DNA of 64,000 nucleotides, from the NCBI GenBank assembly GCA_028534125.1, contig CM052818.1:24306001-24370000 (forward strand), in the 5' to 3' direction. How positions within the stretch are numbered: position 1 is the first letter of the stretch; each line of letters begins with the position of its first letter. Shown here piece after piece: positions 60,827 through 64,000 of the stretch. The position numbers were made by a program, and so were the translations under genes. The stretch is from Lama glama. Its lineage: Eukaryota. The notes under the pieces were generated by a model. The model saw only the letters and a list, made by a program, of their open reading frames with translations. It ran no database searches and had not been told where the DNA came from.

Positions 60827-63734
60827 TGATCAACAGTGTCAGTCTGAGCTGCCGCCTGGGCCTGCGCTCTCATCTGCACACGTGCATCAGCTTGGCTGAA
60901 CTGACTAATTAGTGTGGGAGATTCCCCTAGTTAGTGGCCCATCGGTCTCAGCTAATTCTTAAATACCCTAAGTCAGTCCTCTGCTCGGACAGTGGAGTTC
61001 AGCATAATCAGCACAGCCCACTGGACTATGAAAATATCTCTCTCCATTTGGCGGTGCCCTTTTGTGCAGATGCATAGCAGTGACAGTCAGACACAACCAA
61101 GGAGGAACAATCAACCCCTTTTAGGTGGACTGGCTACAAAGCTATGTATCTGGTTTCAATTAGCTTTGCAAAAATGTAGAAAAAAATTTAATTTTGAACA
61201 CCAAAATTTAATTTTGAAAAGCTTGTTCCTTCCCACTTTTATTCCTGTGCAATGTATCAACTCCATTTTTTTGAGTTAAGAAGGTGTATGTATCAAAACA
61301 GGACACATTTTAAAAGACAGAATCCGAGCGAGGAGCAACAGGTCTACATTAATTAATTATACAATCATTGGATACCTTTAATTTGCCAAGTACTGTGTCC
61401 CACACTCATATGTCAACAAGCTTATACTCATAAGACAGATTGTACATTTGATAACATGAAAACAAATAAAGTATAGTCTTCATCAGATATTCAGATGAAC
61501 AAACAAAGGAGTCAATAAAGAAAGACATAAAATAATTGCGATAGAATCCCTCTAATTCTGTGCCTGGTGGTTAGTTCATGAAAACTCCAATTAAAGCAGG
61601 AATTATAAATAAACTGAAAATAAATAGGCATTTTATTTTGACTAAAACATACAAACAAACTTTCATTCACTAATATTTTAACAGAATAAATAAGGGTTTT
61701 CTTTAAGTAAAAAGTCCACTGGTTGTAATTCTGTGTTTTCTCATTTGCTAAACCACACTCATAATGTACAATGTTCCATTTCAGTTACAGTTGCAAGGCA
61801 ATCTAACTGCAGAGTGCATAGAGATTTTTTTTCCCCAATCTTCTACAACTGCCTTGCCCACATCAAATTAGATAATTATGAACAATAACAGTAAGAATTA
61901 GTCTTAGCTGAGTATTTGCAGAGCGTTTTACTTGATTTTCTTCGGAGTAACTGTCGTTTTAAACAGCCGTATTTCATTAGTTCATATACTGTTGAATCAA
62001 ATTATGCAATTACAGTAACAAAAGTGACATAAACCGGTTTGGGAAGAAACAGCCTGACCCTTGGTAACTGTGCAATTCCACCATCCAAGCATACCTGGGA
62101 ATCATCCTGGGGGCAGGTACTTCACGTGCCGTGGAGAGCCGTAAGTTCATCATCAAGTTCATCGTCAGTTCATCACCAGATAGAGACTGGCTAGGAGAGC
62201 TTGCACTGTCAAGTCTTGCTGAGTATGTTCGATGTGCTAGGCTCTGTGGAAGTTCATTGGGCTTATCCTGTCTTGATGAATTCACAGTCTAGTGAAGAAG
62301 ACAGATGTGTAAATAAGTAATGACAGTATAGTGTTATGTCAAAGAATGTATGAGTATCTGAGACTGGGAAGGAAGGTTGGGCTAACTGTATGGAGACAGG
62401 GGGAATGGGGCACAGTAGGGGACATTTGACCTGAATATTGCAAGATGCATTGGATTTTGCTAAACTGAAGAGGGACAAATCTAGCCTACAAATACGGGCT
62501 GAGGTTTCACAAATTCATGGCCATGTGGGAAGCGGCCATGAAACTTGTCCCACTGGGGCCTCTCAGATACTAGGCAGCCTGTTATAATCACTGGAAGTGA
62601 AGTATAAGAAGAGTGTTATGGAAGGATGGAAAAATGGAAAGGTTAGTTCCAGCCAGCTGTGTGTGTGATGGCTGGAGGATGCAATGGATTGGGAAGGGCC
62701 CCCTGGAGGAGGTGACATTTGAGCATTCATCGTGCAATAAACCATTTCAGACAGGGCTGGCATTGTTGTAGAGTACGGCCAACCCCTGATTCTGATGTCT
62801 GGGGCAACCACAGAGATTGCTGAAAGGGATATACAATCTAGAGAACTTGGCTTGCCTGCTTGGTGGAAAGTTTTCTCTCTGTAGTTGCGATCTTTTACAC
62901 GAAGCACAGAGAATATGGGACCCACAGATTCTGGGTTTCTTCATGCTGGGAAAAACTTCAAACTCAGCCACTGAAAGGTGTGGAAACTCAAATGAGTCAA
63001 AGCTGAGAGAGGAAAAGAATCTGGCATGTCACAGAAAAAGAGACATTTTTATTGCCCTACTTTGGGTCAGATCCGCAGAGTGATTTGTTGAAAAGTAGCA
63101 CAGTCCCGAAGAAGCAGGACACCTGGTAACCCTTATTTTAGTAGAAAGGCCAAATCCGGCCAAAGCCAGAGTAGTCGGTGATTCCTGCTTTCCTGAAGTT
63201 GTGAAAAACCCACTCCGATCCCGGGTGGACCCTCTTTACTCAGGAAATGCCATTAAGTATAATGATTGAAATCCTAAAAACCGTAGCAATAAAATAATTA
63301 AGGCACTGATCACTTGCCAAGAAACACTTTATTTTGCTCTCTTAGGATGAGGAAGCATGCTTCGAGTGCAGCTGGCAGAACCCACTTGTGCAGAAGAATT
63401 AGTGATGATTTCAGTCAAACTTCGACAAATCAAAGAATTATCTAAACATCTGTCTTACAGCCCTTGGTTAAAAAAAAAAGTAGTTTGACACAGATAAGTT
63501 TTTTTTTTCCTTGTGAAACTTCTTTGTGAAGATGATAGAGTGTCTTGAAGAAACTGAGTAAGTCTCACATCCACTGGACATCAAAGCCCATACTTGGCAT
63601 TTCAAGACAATTCTGATGATCATTATTTATTCTTTTTAAAGGGTATTTTGTCACTAGACTATGCAGGCAAGGATCTGACATCTTTGACATATAATTGAGT
63701 CTAATCCTACTGCGTATCAGCATGGCCTGGGGGC

Positions 63735-63870
63735 CCTTGACCTCTCTAAGCCTCAGCTTAGTTATATGGAAAATGGGTACAAGAATATTCAACCAGCTTA
63801 TCTCTTAGTATTGCTGTTGAGCTGCAACAGCAGAGTGCTTTGGAAACTGCAAAGCACTAATCAAGTTAAA
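63735..63870 (+). mobile_element. MIR
   Basis: TTGACCTCTCTAAGCCTCAGCTTAGTTATATGGAAAATGGGTACAAGAATA. Confidence 0.6.
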
Positions 63871-64000
63871 AGTGTTAATATGCAATTTTGCGTGACACTC
63901 ACTGGGGATATTCTGATGCAATTATAGTTTCACGAACTGCTGGTGGGGGGTATCAAGTTACATAAACCGGATTGGAAATGCTTTGTTAATGTGTGCATCA

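Overview
Mammalian genomic DNA. A tRNA-derived vic-1-like SINE and artiodactyl-type L1 3' ends suggest a camelid. The window lies inside the SLC8A1 (NCX1, Na+/Ca2+ exchanger 1) gene on the + strand. It holds one very large coding exon (14766/14769-16603; ATG at 14805; the first ~600 codons), ~14.7 kb of upstream intron and ~47 kb of the following long intron, with no other recognisable SLC8A1 exon. The introns carry MIR, L2, L1 and hAT (MER) relics, a probable solo LTR, microsatellites and an antisense, 5'-truncated DNAJA1 retrocopy (60241-60826). I see no prokaryote-type system (CRISPR, operon, defence locus). The most unusual observation is a 1.4-kb composite insertion (27649-29055) bounded by a perfect 16-bp target-site duplication, built from scrambled sense and antisense L1 pieces plus non-L1 spacers. 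Also notable are the NAGNAG acceptor and back-splice reading frame of the big exon, two AG|GTRAG recursive-splice-like motifs, and a compact MEF2/GATA/NKX2-5 motif cluster. Repeat family names come from recalled consensus motifs, not a search, and their boundaries are approximate.
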